This document shows, in pieces, positions 25,825-25,910 of a stretch of 25,910 nucleotides of DNA (position 1 is the first letter of the stretch; each line of letters begins with the position of its first letter). The stretch lies in the IMG/VR virus record IMGVR_UViG_3300028633_000034, positions 1 to 25,910 of that record. The stretch is one strand, 5' to 3'. Position numbers and translations under genes: made by a program. The DNA comes from a virus (lineage: Duplodnaviria > Caudoviricetes). The notes below the pieces were generated by a model that saw nothing but the letters and a program-made list of their open reading frames with translations, ran no database searches and had not been told where the DNA came from.

Positions 25825-25910
25825 CCACTAACCAAAACACATCATGAAAAAACACAAGCTGCGATTACGGTGCAGCACCCGAATAACGCTCTATGATACC
25901 ACGATTTTAT

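Noticed and set aside
1-25910. Integron integrase or other recombinase for the array
   Set aside because: No ORF in the window shows tyrosine-recombinase (R-H-R-Y) or serine-recombinase motifs.

Overview
Phage-derived window with a Bacteroidota-type host signature, with all credible genes on the minus strand. It has three compositionally distinct blocks. (1) 1-~7680 is very AT-rich and carries a crAss-like replication module: DnaG-type primase, putative SSB, AAA ATPase, degenerate ThyX-like protein, DnaB-like helicase, putative initiator, SF2 helicase and RNA ligase. (2) 7681-12972 is an integrase-less array of 8 complete and 1 truncated integron-like gene cassettes delimited by attC-like hairpins (..AAC-stem-loop-stem-GTT..). 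Each cassette has its own matching terminal inverted repeats with a conserved A/G asymmetry. The genes lie antisense to the att site, mostly start inside their own att hairpin and often stop at the GTT crossover. The cargo is mainly DNA methyltransferases plus a radical SAM enzyme. (3) ~13115-25910 is more GC-rich and carries a temperate-phage-like early/replication module: ERF, PD-(D/E)xK nuclease, DUF1367, HNH, initiator with iterons, T7gp4/Twinkle-like primase-helicase, NinG and a DnaA-C-like protein. It also has an intact tnpB-only IS605-family element and a C4/CI-like antisense RNA leader. An IS605 3' remnant lies between blocks 2 and 3. The cassette array is the most notable finding. Two replication modules plus abrupt junctions mean that mosaicism or an assembly chimera must be checked.
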